DNA of 64,000 nt from Octopus vulgaris. Its lineage: Eukaryota. The translations under genes were made by a program, and so were the position numbers. Below, in pieces: positions 27,468-40,830 of the stretch. Location of the stretch: positions 179,304,001-179,368,000 of the forward strand of contig OX597815.1 of assembly GCA_951406725.2 (NCBI GenBank), written 5' to 3'. Every line of letters starts with the position of its first letter. Positions within the stretch are counted from its first letter, which is position 1. Below the pieces are notes generated by a model. The model ran no database searches. It saw only the letters and a program-made list of their open reading frames with translations, and was not told where the DNA came from.

Positions 27468-27770
27468 TCTTAGCACTTAGATATGGTTAACCACATCGAA
27501 GGATAGGTACGACAAAAAATTGTTTAGAATAAACAAATTCTATGGTACTTCAGTCGACGGGTAAATCCCGAGTTCGCTTCACTGGATTTCATACAAAGTA
27601 TTCAATCACGATATCACAAAGACGAATTGAGAATTATAAAGCTTCAAAATTTTATTTATTGTAATAAACAAAGTGTGAAGATGTATAATTCTCTATTATG
27701 CATATATACATGTATGTATGTACGATATATATATATATATATATGTATGATATATATATATAAATGCATG

Positions 27771-27808
<38 letters not shown>

Positions 27809-27913
27809 AAATGTATCTATAATATATAGTGTGTATGACGTATTTAAATATATACATATTTAGAGAGAGATAGGGATATATATATAATTGTACGATCTCT
27901 CTCTCTCTCCCTA

Positions 27914-27963
<50 letters not shown>

Positions 27964-29218
27964 ACTCTCTCTCGCTATATATTTATCATATCATATGTTC
28001 AGATTTCTGTCGAAAGTAAGAACTCAAAAGTAAAGATTAGGAAACTGGAAGTATCTTTGCGTTTCCGAACTTAAGCTCCTCTTCTCTCTAGTGTGACATA
28101 GAAATAAGAAGCTTTGAAGAAAGAACAGAAGGCATGTGTAACAAAAAAAAAAAAAAACTCCCAGAAATTCTTGTTGTTCTGAGGCAAGTTATGCTGGAAA
28201 TAGCGCAGTTTGAATAACCTCCATTGAGGTAGTACGAATGAGATTTCCTTCATGCAAGGAAAATAGACGAGCAATTGTGTGAAGCTTTTGTATTTGTGCG
28301 CTCGTTTGTACGTTTTATATTAATTTGTGCTTTGTGAACCCGTCCTGTATGAGCTGGTACATATGGATGTTCAAGCCATGCTTGTGCGCATGTGTGTATG
28401 CAGGTGTGGGTTTGTTGCCTGTGGTGTGAGCTTTTTATTGCGTTTTATGAACAGTGTATATACACACATCTATGCATAAATACATACTTATGTAAGCACC
28501 CATATATACCTATGTATGTATATATACATGTACCCCACGCGTACGGAAAACCGACTTTCTACCGTCGAGGGCTTATCTGACCCATATATTAGACTATTTT
28601 CTTTGGTCAATATACGGTGATCGCTTATAAGCTTTAAGCTTATAAGCTTTAAGCTTATAACATACAATTATTATTGTTACTCACCACCACTTCTCAAATC
28701 ATCGCATATATGTATGTATGTATGTATATATATATATATATTTCAACAATTGAGGGTAAAATTAATTAATTATTAATCAATTTCACCAAGTATTCAGTAT
28801 GTAAAGGGACCATTTAAGGCGAATTCAAATTATTACATTATATAAAAGGGCTTAGTAAAATAAATTACTTTGCCACATACTGAACTCATTAGAAATAGTA
28901 GCTAAAAAAACTTTTTTAAAACTATTTCTAATACTTAAAGAAAATCTCTCTCATATAGTGTTTGCTCAATTCAACTCACGAAAGTATGGGGGTAAAGACA
29001 TTAAAAAATCAAATGCAAAGGTTATTTGAGAACGTACGTTTCAAGATTAGTCAACTCGACATTTCTATCATCAGCTCAGAACTCCTTGGTTTGGATTTGA
29101 AAACACTGAAAGTGGGAGCATACCCTTTCGGCTTCTTATCGCTTCTGAAGATCTGCTCGAAACTAACAGTGCCAGCAAACCCAAAATATGCAAGCGAAGA
29201 ATTTCTGCTCTCCCCTTT

Positions 29219-29300
<82 letters not shown>

Positions 29301-29414
29301 GTGTGTGTGTAAGGGCACACAATGCACCTACCTGCTAGAAAGAGGAGTTAAAATCAAATAGAAAGAAGATAACTATGGATAACTGCTTCGAAACCCCCAC
29401 CGTCTAAATCCGGA

Positions 29415-29575
29415 TTACAAATTTACATTTTTTACCAGTAATAATTGGAGCACTTCGTTTTGTAAGTAAATGCCTAACTGTCAGTCTGGATAAGCTGGGT
29501 TCTCGCATATTACAAATACAATCTGTAAGCGGAACAATAAAACTATGCAAGACTTTTCTCAGATTGTATTTGTAA
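29415..29575 (+). pseudogene. RLE-LINE C-terminal relic
   Basis: PVIIGALRFVSKCL..SLDKLG..RILQIQSVSGTIKLCKTFLR, homologous to the 15560/16100 segments. Confidence 0.7.
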
Positions 29576-30443
29576 AAATTTAAGGAATGAACATTTAAGG
29601 AATAAACATTTAAGGAAATTAAGAAAACATTTAAGGAAAATAATTTAAAGAGAAAAAAATACGAGTAAAAATTACGAATAAAGGTTCCGAATAACGATTA
29701 AAGAATTGTAAATTAATAAATACGAAATAAAAATGAAATAATAATGAAACAACAATGAAATAATAATGAAATAAAATAGAGACGAAGATAAAACGAATGT
29801 TAACTTATCTTTTCTTTCCTCGGCGAAAATTAGACAAAGCTACATCTTGCAAATAAGGTAAAATCCGCATTTGATAATACCTCTGCATAGGAGGTACTAC
29901 AAATAAATGTCAGAATTTCTTTATTTGGCACCACGGCCACAACACTGAGGGGTACACTACAAGGACAGACACAACACCACAATGGGGATATAAAACATAA
30001 AACGAATGAGAATGAAATGTTATATAAAAATGAAATGGCTGCATAGGCCCCATTGCCATTTGAACGTTTATACACACTATTTACAATCGTTCTATTTTTC
30101 TATTGTTTTTTCTTAATCATCTCTTTTTTTCCTCTTTCTTTTTTCATTGAAACATTTTTACTTTTTCCTTTTTTTTCTTTCAACAAAACAATTTTACTTT
30201 TCTTTTTTTTTCCATTTTAATACCTCATGTAAGGCTCCAAGTCTCTGCGTTCAACTACAGGTGTCATTCAACACGTGCTTTTTTTAGCTCGTGCGGTGAA
30301 GACGTTATGTCGTTGTGAAAACGGCGTTACGCGTTCGGTTCTGTTGGGAATTCTGAAAAGTCGGTTTTAGTTATAAGGTTTATTAGTTTTTATTGATTTT
30401 CACTGGTGAATTTAGTCTGTCTGTTTGAGACAGACGAAGGAAA

Positions 30444-31050
30444 ATGAGTTTTCCCTCGTTAAGAGGAGGAATGGAGGTGACAAAAAGAAGAATGTTCAGT
30501 GAGTCGGACTTATCGTCTTCCGAAGAAGAATTAGTGGAAGCGGTAGGAAAGATGGACATGGTCTTACAAGGAAGAACATATGCAGGAGCAGCGAAACCAG
30601 CGGAAAGGGAAATAAGTTACCGGAATGCCAAGATATGATTAAAAAGGTAAACGGGGAGGCGGAATTATTGCTGTCGAACAGGAAAAAGAACAAGATGGAA
30701 AGAAAGCAAATAACGTACCTAGTATTTGCTAACGAAAAGAAAAAAGTGGATATAATAAACATGGAAACGGGAGAGGAAGCCCTAAAAACAATAGAAGAAG
30801 AAATAATCTTCCTCGCAAGAGGGAACAAGTATGCCACAGTGGTGGTACAGTATATAAACGAGGAAACAGCAAGAAGAATGGCTGCAAAGACAATAAAAGC
30901 TGATAAGGTAACACTTCTACCCACTTAATATGAGGAGAAGAACCACAAGGATTAGGGTGGATGGAATACCACCAGATATCGACGCGGAATTGGTAGTAGC
31001 AGCGGTCATCTTTGGAAATGAGGAGAAAGTTCTCAAAACCTCTTCAAATT
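30444..31050 (+). pseudogene. LINE ORF1 (gag-like; Tx1/L1-type) relic with frameshifts
   Basis: Three abutting ORFs: ..RTYAGAAK.., IIFLARGNKYATVVVQY..LLPT, MRRRTTRIRVDGIPPDI. Confidence 0.6.
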
Positions 31051-31144
31051 CCTCCACTGTCGCAATCTCTATCTTTCTCGCTGATATTTATCTATATCTA
31101 TATCTCTCTCTCTATATATATATACACATACATATATATATATA

Positions 31145-32160
31145 TCCTTAAATCCTTAAATCCTTAAAAATGTTTCAGCCCGAAGGCTGCGGCCATGCTG
31201 GGGTACCACCGTTGAATGAGCTGCACTAGTATGTGAATCCACCTCTGATACGTGGCACTTGGTCAACAAGGGAGTTCGATGCCGCTGCCCGCATCTGTGT
31301 CTCCTTCCGAGAGGTAGGTTCATCTGGGAACCCTGACAAGAAGAGATCCAGTTTAGTTTTAAAGAAACCCACATCCACACCATGCTAGTCTCTCAGGCAT
31401 TTAGGGAGGCTGTTGAAGAGCTGTGATCCTCTGAAACCCAAGCTGTTGCAGTATCTGGTCCTGTATTTTGATGATGATGTTGGAATCTTTGGCACCATGC
31501 AGTGGCGCCCCGTTCTGCGGTTGGGGTAACTTTGAATGCCAAAGTTTGGGACAAGACCCTCCAGGATTTTCCAGATGTATATCACTGCATATCTCTCCCG
31601 CCTTTGCTCTAGGGAAAAGAGTTTTAATAGTTTCAGTATTTCCCAGTAGCTGATATGTTGCATTGAGACGATCTTCTTAGTGTAGCTTCTTTGAATTGCT
31701 TCGAGTTCTGCTGTTAGCTTTATATTGTGTGGTGACCATAGTTGGGAGCAGTAGTCCAAGCGGCTGAGGACGAAATTTTTCCAAAGGACCATCAATGTCT
31801 CCTTCTCTCTTGTTCTGAAAGTTCGGAGAATCCATCCAGCTAGCCGTCTGCATTTTATCACCAAATTAGTAATATGCACTTGGAAAGATGCATCATTGCT
31901 CATGTCAATGCCCATGTCACGCACTGATTTTGACTCAGAAATTACAATTCTTCCCGGGCCAGTGTATCCAGTCTGCATGTCGTTTACCTTTGTGTGCCGG
32001 TAGCGCATGGCCTGTAACTTCCCTGCATTAAACTACATGTTGTTGTCCTCAGTCCACCTGTATATTGTATCCAACTCCTGTTGCAGATGTGCGATATTTC
32101 CAGCGTTTTGCATTGTGCGGGAGACTTTTGTGTCATCTGCATAGCTAGCAAGGGTGGCCA
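31145..32160 (-). mobile_element. CR1-clade LINE, 5'-truncated (RT C-terminus, 3' UTR and octamer tail)
   Basis: SYADDTK; VRDMGI; GWILRTF; SRLDYCSQLWSP; LEAIQR; LFSLEQRRER; tail (tttaagga)3. Confidence 0.92.
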
Positions 32161-32187
32161 TATATATAAATATATATACATATATTT

Positions 32188-32220
<33 letters not shown>

Positions 32221-32224
32221 CAGC

Positions 32225-32455
32225 TGTGTGTATGTATGAGTTTGCATTTGTCCCGCCGTACCACTTGACAACTAGTGTTAGTTTATTTACGCCCCTATAA
32301 CTTAGTGGTTGGGCAAAAAGAGACTGATAGAATTAGTACCAGGTTTATAAGTAGGTACTGAGGTTGATTGATTGGACTAAAAATTCTTCAACGCGGTGCC
32401 CCAGCATGGCCGCATTCTAATGCCTGAAACAAGTAAAAGTTGAAAGATAAAAGAT
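32225..32455 (+). mobile_element. SINE family A, 3' half
   Basis: cggtgccccagcatggccgca...tgaaacaagtaaaag. Confidence 0.8.
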
Positions 32456-32572
32456 ATATGTAAATCTTACTTTTAAACCAACAACCATCTGTTGAGAAAA
32501 TTATGGGGAAAATGTACTGAACCTTTCCGCTAAAGAATAAAAATGAATTGATTGATAACTCTTTCTTAGCTT

Positions 32573-32785
32573 AAGGCGGCCAGCTGGTAGAATCGTCACT
32601 GTACAGGACAAAATGCTTAACGGCATTTCTTCAACCTTTATGTTCTGAGTTCAAATGCTGCCCGGGTTGACTTTACCTTTCGTCCTTTCGGGGTCGATGA
32701 AAGAAGTACCTGTTGAGCACTGGGGTCGATGTAATCGACTTAGCCCTCCTACAAAATTGCTGGCTTTGTACCAAAGCTTGAAATC
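32573..32785 (+). mobile_element. SINE family B
   Basis: aaggcggccagctggtagaatcg...cctttcggggtcgat. Confidence 0.8.
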
Positions 32786-33305
32786 GAAATTACTCTCGTT
32801 GCTGGCTCACAAAAGGAAACAAAATCCTGCTTATGTTTTGCAACCCTCAAAGGAAGGAGGAGATAATGTCAAAAAATTAAGAATTATTCTCTCAAACTTA
32901 GTTTGTTATATTGTGTGTACAGTAAGTGTCGACCACTTCTATATGAGATAGAGCTCCATGTAGATTATCAAGATGGAGTCGGCCACCAACATAGTGGTCA
33001 GTCGGCTATTGTACTTAGTAGTGTTACTAGTTATGATATACAAAGCATATGAAGATAAACACCAGCGTAAATATTCGGTTCCTACATACGTTTCACCGCG
33101 GCAGTCATTTGGAGCTCAGCATAGTTCCAAGTGCATTTTGATACCTGACTGAAATGAATCATCGAGGGGACACTTTATGGTATTCTTTTACAGGGAACAT
33201 TAGTTTATTAATCAGCGTTTCATAAAGCATGTGAATGTTACACTGAAAAGTGAGGTTATAGAAAAGAGGGTAGAACTAACCTCTTGACATTATCGCTAAC
33301 GTTTG

Positions 33306-33841
33306 AAGGCAGCGAGCTGGCAGATACGTTAGCACGCTGGGCGAAATGCTTAGCGGTATTTCGTCTGTCGCTACGTTGAGTTGAAATTCCGCCGAGCAAG
33401 ACTTTGCCTTTCATCCTTTCGGGGTCGATTAAATAAGTACCAGTTACGCACTGGGGTCGATATAATCGACTTCATCCGTTTGTCTGTCCTTGTTTGTCCT
33501 CTCTGTGTTTAACCCCTTATGGGTAGAAATAGGTATTTCGTCTGCCGTTACGTTCGATTAAATAAGTACCAGTTACGCACTGGGGTCGATATAATCGACT
33601 TCATCCGTTTGTCTGTCCTTGTTTGTCCCCTCTGTGTTTAGCCCCTTGTGGATAGTAAAGAAATAGGAAATATGTATTTCGTCTATTTTCACGTTCTGAG
33701 TTCAAATTCCACCGAGGTCGATTTTGCCTTTCATCCTTTCGGGGTCGAGTAAATAAGTACCAGTGAAACACTGGAGTCGATGTAATCGACTAATTAGTCC
33801 CCTCCCCCGAAATTTCAGGCCTTGTGCCAATAGTGGAAAGG
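33306..33841 (+). mobile_element. SINE family B with internal tandem duplications and a 17-bp TSD
   Basis: TSD attatcgctaacgtttg at 33289-33305 and 33842-33858. Confidence 0.92.
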
Positions 33842-35319
33842 ATTATCGCTAACGTTTGGGAAGATTGCAAAGAGAAGTTACAATAATGAAATAACAGGGA
33901 CACCATAGGATTTGTCTCCGAAGAACTCATCTTACGCACCTCTATTTAATATGTTCTTTGTGCTACATGACTCTTGCACTGGTAAGCTCGAATATGGAAG
34001 AAGGAATCGTTTCTTGATTGTAGCTGTTTTCCTGGAAAAATATAAACGTCATAAATCTTATTTTCACTGAAGCGAATCTGATTGGTCATTCATTGTTGTA
34101 GCCTAATTACGAAAGTTTGGCTTTGTTTAGAGCTAATTCCAAACGATAAACTCATATTATTTTTTTTTACTTCGTGTAGTATTTAAACAAATTACAAAGA
34201 TTATATTTGGTTTTTCTAAATACAGACATTATTATTTTCTTTCTACATATCAGGATAAAAATCGGTGAGCAGACCAACTCAACTACATATTTCCAGACAC
34301 CGGGAAATCTCTTAAAAAGACATCCAGGTGTAAACGTAAGAAATGTAATCTAGGTGGGACACGATATCTCATGTCTTTGAAAGTCAGAATTGGTTTCGAA
34401 AATATGAACACCTGAAATTGTTATATATATAAAAAAGCAAACCCAGACCTATTTTGAAAAAAAATGCCAACATTTTCGTTAAGGAGCAGGGGGTGTTTCG
34501 TCGAAAGTTTTATCTTCTGATATATTTTGAATATAAAGCTTTACATGTATTTGTGGCAATTAAATCTAGTAATATATTTTGAGAGGAACTGAATTATTTA
34601 ACACTCTTTCTCTATAACCTAATCAGATATTTTAATTACGGAAGGCGGTAAAATGATTTCTTCGGATAAAATAAAAGAACTTATTGAATGTCATGTATTC
34701 CAGATGTGCATGATAATCTGATTGACTACGTTCTTCTATTATAAATGCACTGTAATGGCGAATGTCCTACCAACATAGACAACAGCAATACTTGGTGAAT
34801 GTTCCATGTATACCCATTAACATAGCGATTACTTTAAGATCTTCGCAAAGATTCCATTGGTGATCGTTGTATTGAATTACATTAAAAGGAATTTGCCTGT
34901 TAACATAAGATTCTCTTAAATGTGTTGAATAAAAGGTAGAGTCAGATGGTTTTACATTTTCGATATGCAAAAGAAGCATCTGTTAAACTTTGAAGTAATA
35001 GATTTATATAATGCACCATTGGCTAACAACATGCCTTTCAGATAAATTTACAAAAAGCCCATTAATGTCATGAAAATAAGAGGCGGTACCACCCACTTTG
35101 AAATAAAATGCTAACTCGAAACTAAGTTTCGTAATAGTTTACTGTTACACTTTCTTCAAGTTCCTTTCTTTCTAAGGAGACAACAAAAACCCTGCGTTGC
35201 TTTTTAACGATTCTAAATCATCCACAAGAGTGCTCAAAGTTTCCCAAGTGTAAAGAATTGGACCCATTCCCCGTTCCGGTCCTATTGCAAAGGCCTTTGG
35301 AAAGTGAAACTTCATTCAT

Positions 35320-35603
35320 ATCTACATTATTTACATTTGACGGATATTTGTCCTCATCTTGTTTGTTGTTAACACAACATTTCGTCTGATATACCCTCCA
35401 GCCTTCATCAGGTGTCTTGGGAAAATTTTGAACCTGGGTTCTCATTCCTAAGGTATTTTTCGATATTATTATTATTATTATTTAGGTCAGTGCCTGGAAT
35501 CGAACTCGGAATCTTGCGGTTAGTAGCCCGCGCTCTTAACCACTACGCCATATGCCAAATGTAAATAATGTACATAATTCCTCACCTCTTAAATATAGAA
35601 CTG
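35320..35603 (-). mobile_element. tRNA-headed SINE (family E) with an internal hammerhead and an inverted 3' fragment
   Basis: Head 35556-35485 with box A TGGCGTAGTGG and box B GAGTTCGATTCC; then (AAT)n and HHR; 35557-35603 is the element's 3' end in the opposite orientation. Confidence 0.8.
35371..35416 (-). ncRNA. Minimal type-I hammerhead ribozyme motif
   Basis: Minus strand: gacac-CTGATGA-a-GGCTG(gagggtatat)CAGAC-GAAA-TG-TT-gtgtt; one stem-II mismatch. Confidence 0.75.
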
Positions 35604-37379
35604 TTTCATACGTATCTTCATGCTTAAAACATGACAATGCTTAATTATGCGATACATGTCTACGATCCGAATTCAACATGGGGTAAATAACAGTGCTTAT
35701 CTCCTAGAAGAAAACATTTTAATATTAACTACACAAAAATCAACAATCTGTAAGGTTACTCTTTCTGTTCATGCTGAATTATTGACGCTGCCCACAGTAA
35801 CGAGGATTTCTTATTCCCATTTATGCATAAAAGACTGTAAAAATTTAATGTGATGTCTGTGGCTTGTTATTGTCACCTGACAGTCAAAATATAGATTCGG
35901 TATCTTTTAAAGATCTGTTATATTATTTTGCTATCGTGATATTGTGATGCTGCTCCCTATAAATAGTAAATTAGTTCCAGGTGGGTTCTAAATTCTCTCG
36001 GTATTTGGATAGCCTAGTTAGGATATGTTAAAAGAAAGAAAACGTCTTAGTGAAAACAATATTGTAGATTAACCGCCATATTCGTGCATTTATAAGTAAA
36101 TTTTAAGATGAAAATATTTGATTTGAATATTGAATTATAAGGCAAATACTGGACAAAAATACAACAAATGATCTGCTCTCAGAAACATCCGTGCTGCGGG
36201 GATGGGGGTGGGGAGAAATCTCGAATGTTTCTAAATTAGCGTAAGAAAAAATACACCCCAACAACTTTAAATACACCACCAAATCATCTCTGATGAAAGT
36301 TGCTCTGGTTGGCGTGTTACGTACACTGCTATGATGAAATGTTAACTTTGAAAATTGATGCTACATCAATAGCTTCATTAGGTCTAGGGATATTTCAGAA
36401 GATGCATAGGGTCTAACAAGACTCTTCTACGCAGTTAATTGGATGATATTGGTGGAAATAGAGTGGCTAATGAGTGGCCTTTGCTGAAGAATTTGTAATT
36501 AGATAAGATATTGAAATTAGATATGAAAAATGTGTTACTTGACAGTCCATAATTTGCTGTAGAATTCGAAAAAAGCAGATAAGACTTTAATTGGGTTCTT
36601 TTCATTGAAGTAGACACAATCGCCATATCTCAATATGTTTGTCAGTTTTGCATATTTTATTTCGGTTGAACAAACAACTGTTTCAAAGACATTTTTTTAT
36701 AAGCGAAATAATTTGGTCTAATTTGTGATTGATTGAGAGTATTGATAAAACATTTATTTTATAATTGATTTATTTACATTGGTGATGAGGGGAAATTTCT
36801 TTTGAAGTAGGGCTAATGTTTTAGAGGGACCTGAAATGCAATACTTACGTTTACTTGGTATCAAAGAGAGTGTTTAATCGAGTCGATATGATCTATTATG
36901 AGGACATTTCAAAAATAACGAATCAATCACCTTAGATTTAAATAGGTACCAGAGAGTAAAAAAAAAAAACAGGACTGGTAATTTGATGAATGTTTTCTTA
37001 GCTTGCACTATTGAGTTCAATTTCTCCATTAGGAAAAAGCTACCTTCGAGAGATCAGCTTTCTTAGTGAGAGACCAGTGTCACAATGTAGGAGATAAGCT
37101 GTTCCAACACAATGAAATCGAGAAATGAACCTCAGATTATTCTGACCATTGTAATCTGGAAGATTGAGTCTTCAGCCAGACACTGAAAGAGCCCCACTGT
37201 GGTCTCTTTGACATTATATTTACCATTTGTGTAATCAGTTTCTTCTCCATCCTCACATACGTTCTTCACACCGGAATGTCTTCTTTACTGGTCGGATCTG
37301 ATTCACGTCAACGAGTAATGATCTACAAAACCGTTATCCGGTTAATATCGTTCGTAGGTGAAGGGATGGCACAATGAAC

Positions 37380-37960
37380 ATCGTATATCAATATCTGAGT
37401 CCTGCTGTACCTAAAAAAAACTCATGGCAGAGACCCCCCTCTTCACATTCCAGGACAGTATCATTTATATCCTCTCCCAATTCTCGCGCTTACAATGTCC
37501 AGCAAGGAAGATAACACGATATCTGTAAAACCCGTTGTGCATCTCAGAATATCACACACTCTGAAACGGATTCAGCGAGCTAAACATTCAGTGTTTCTCG
37601 TATCATCATCATTGTTAAGTGTTCAGCTAGGTGTCTAGAACTTCTTCTAGGTTTTATTTCAAAGCCCTTACCAGAAATGGTATCAACTGACACATGTAGC
37701 ACATAGTCAACGACAATGATGAAGAGAAATGGGGCGAGTGTGTCTCCCTGCAGTATTCCGGCTTTAAGTATAACTCAAAGTCATTTAATGATTCTCCAAA
37801 CGATAAGAATATGGTTCGATTCCTTTCCTCCCAGAAATCTGGAAACAGTGAGTGTTCATGACTCTTAAGCATCTTATTTTGCATGTATGAGATAAGCATC
37901 AAATATGGCATAGTAAATATAATGCTTGCTGATGGAGGGTTCATTCTGCTATGTTCCTTT
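37380..37960 (-). pseudogene. RTE-clade reverse transcriptase relic
   Basis: KAGILQGDTLAPFLFIIVVDYVLHVSVDTISGKGFEIKPRRSSRHLAEHLT..DD at about 37765-37600. Confidence 0.8.
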
Positions 37961-38321
37961 CTCTTCCATCAATCGCTGAAGCCTTGTAACATTGTCATGA
38001 CTTCTATCCTTCCTTACTTTTCCGACTAAGCAGTAAAGAGAATTTATTTTCGTTGAAATAAACATCTAGTGAGCAATAAATCCATAGATCCCACACCTTG
38101 TCAGCTACTTTGTAAATCCTAACATTCAACAATGAGTTACATAAAACTACTTTTACTTGAAATTTCTCAAATCTGCATCTGCTCCTGTTTTCCTAATCCA
38201 TCATCTGACACACTATTAAGTAGGATATATCAGCAACTTACATTATACAGTCTAGCCTGCTAAAGTCATTACTTTCTTAGAGATCGTGAACATTTTACTG
38301 ACTGAACACACGTAACGTTCA

Positions 38322-38652
38322 TCTATATCTAGCTGAGAATGTGTGTGGGTGTGTGTATCTGTCTCTCTGTCTATCTGTGTGTCTGTATGTGTGCATCACT
38401 AAAACTCGAGAACTACCCAGCTGATTTCATTCAAATTTTACACGTGATTACTTCGGGTCCATGCAGTATCATAGGCCCAAAAAATGTTCAACGTATTGCC
38501 TAATGCGAGCTCGGAACAATCTCTCATCTCTTACACTATTTCAGTATTACATGTCAAAAGTGAAACAATAACATCTCTATTGTAATGTTAGATACTTTCA
38601 GTTTAATAGTTTCGATATTAATACTCAAACTATTAAAGTGAAGCTATTATCT
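38322..38652 (+). mobile_element. Non-autonomous Helitron-like element, 5' portion
   Basis: TCTATAT start, (tgtc)n, then aactcgagaactacccagctgatttcattcaaattttacac, similar in layout to the 12367-12757 element. Confidence 0.45.
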
Positions 38653-38682
38653 CACATATGTACATGCATACACATACACGCA

Positions 38683-38720
<38 letters not shown>

Positions 38721-38892
38721 ATGTATATATATATGTATATGTATATATATGCATGTATATATGTGTATATACATCTGCACATATGTATGTGTATATATAC
38801 TTGTATACATATATAGATTTATATGTCTATATATATGTATGTATATATATATGTGTATATATATATATGGTATAAATATATGCATGTATATA

Positions 38893-38934
<42 letters not shown>

Positions 38935-38939
<5 letters not shown>

Positions 38940-39340
38940 TTGTACCCCCATCATCGCTTGACAACCGATGTTGCTGCGCTTACGTCCATGTAACTTAGCC
39001 GTTTGACAAAAGTGACTGATAGAATAAGTACTAGGCTTACAAAGAATAAACCCTGGGGTCGATTTCTTCGAGTAAAAGCGATGCTGCAGCGTGGGCGTAA
39101 ACACACCAACAAAAGTTATCAAGCGGTGGTCGGGGAAAAATACCCTCATACACACACACACACACGTATATATTACGATGGGATTATTTCAATTTCTGTC
39201 GACCAATTCCACTGAAGGCGTCGGTCGACCAAAGGCTACATCAGAAAACACTCGCCGAAAAGATACCATGCAGCGAGACCGAAACCGAAACCATGTGGTC
39301 AGGAAGCAAGCCTCTTAGCACACAGTCACACCTGCGCCTA
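38935..39340. mobile_element. Two family A SINE fragments fused in opposite orientation
   Basis: Plus-strand 3' half 38935-39090 joined to minus-strand 5' part 39095-39340. Confidence 0.7.
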
Positions 39341-40177
39341 CATTAGACAAAGAAACAAATCAAAGCAAACAGACAGAACTCCACTTTCAATTTTTTAATG
39401 ATTGACTGCGCAGAGAATTTTGTCAGAGCGTTATAATGTCACTACATGTTGCTGGAGTTAGAATAATGATGGATGGGATTACTGCTTTTTATTCTGTCAT
39501 TCTTGAAAGATCAAAAGGCAAAGTAGGATTTGTATTAAAAATATATTATAATAAACATGTTTAATTATAAATCCAGTATTTTATGGCTTCCTATATCATC
39601 AGTGATCAATATGGTTTGATGGAATGTTTATTTAGATCACTGGCTCCCAACCGATTCCATTTGACCCTTGTGCATTCATATAAGATTTTGGTGTTAAAAT
39701 TTATGCGCCATAAATTCGGTATTCTTTTGCAATACACAACATATTTAAACCATTTTTCGCCCAATTCGTAATAATATTCATTCATAAGAGGTTTTAGACA
39801 TCGAATGATTCTGTCGTTCCGCCCACCTAAGTAATTTACTCAGAATCAAAGGATTCCACAGGTTAAAAATAGTTGAGTATCACTGATTTAGATGCCTTTT
39901 ATTGCAGTGGGGGGATGTATAAGAAGGATTACTTCTTGTCTTGTCTTCTATATTTAACAGAATTTATCAGATCCTACTTTGAATTCCTCAAAGAGCCTTT
40001 GAAAACTTTCAAAAATCTGGAAATTGCAACTTCGAGTGGGAATAATAAATCACTTTGAAAACGAGACATGAGCAATAATAAAGCAAATTATGTTTGGTTA
40101 GAGGAATAAATGTCAGAATTATAAAAATCAATAAAGGTAGATTTTCTGAAGCCTAAAAGACTCACCAAGCCCCGAAT

Positions 40178-40181
40178 GAGA

Positions 40182-40223
<42 letters not shown>

Positions 40224-40777
40224 GAGAGAGAGAAGTGGGCAGAGACTGAGAGAAAGAAACAGGGACAGAGAATGTGGGAAAGAGAGAGAGAGTGAAAATG
40301 AGAGAGTAAGAAAGAGCAAGAAAGAGAGTGAGAGAGAGAAAAAGAAAAAGACAGAGAGAGAAAGAGTAAAAAGAAAAAGACAGAGGGAGAGAGAGTAAAA
40401 AGAAAAACAGAGAGAGAAAGAGAGTAAAAGGAAAAAACAGAGAGAGAGTAAAAAAAAAAGAGAGAGAGAGAGAGTAAAAGGAAAAGGACAGAGAGAGAGA
40501 AGGGGACAGAGAATGAGAGAAAGATACGGATAGAGAATGAGGGAAAGGAAGAAAGAGAGTGAGATAGTAAGAAAGAGCGAGAAAGAGAGTGAGAAAGAGA
40601 GAGAGAGAGAAAAGAAAGAGAGAGAGAGTAAAAAGAAGACAGAGAGAGAGAGAGAAAAAGAAAGAGAGAGAGAGAGAGTAAAAAGAAGACAGAGAGAGAG
40701 TGAGAGAGTAAAAAGAAAAAGACAGAGAGAGAGAGAGTAAAAGGAACAAGACAGAGACAGGGAGAGTAAAAGGAAAG

Positions 40778-40809
<32 letters not shown>

Positions 40810-40830
40810 AATTGAGAGAAAGAGATAGTA
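40178..40830. repeat. ~650-bp polypurine (GA-rich) tract
   Basis: Direct inspection. Confidence 0.95.

Larger units (their letters stand above)
34740..35900 (-). pseudogene. Chapaev3-like (CMC) DNA transposase relic, interrupted by the HHR-SINE
   Basis: IQYNDHQWNLCEDLKVIAMLMGIHGTFTKYCCCLCW resembles W.ICGDLKV...G.TKY.CFLC.W; upstream DC.FC-like remnant at about 35730-35755. Confidence 0.7.

Noticed and set aside
28623-28660. Quasi-palindromic (gcttataagctttaa)2.5 repeat
   Set aside because: Probably local slippage; no supporting context
35485-35556. Functional tRNA gene (also 10397-10470, 43490-43548)
   Set aside because: Acceptor stem does not pair; these are SINE heads
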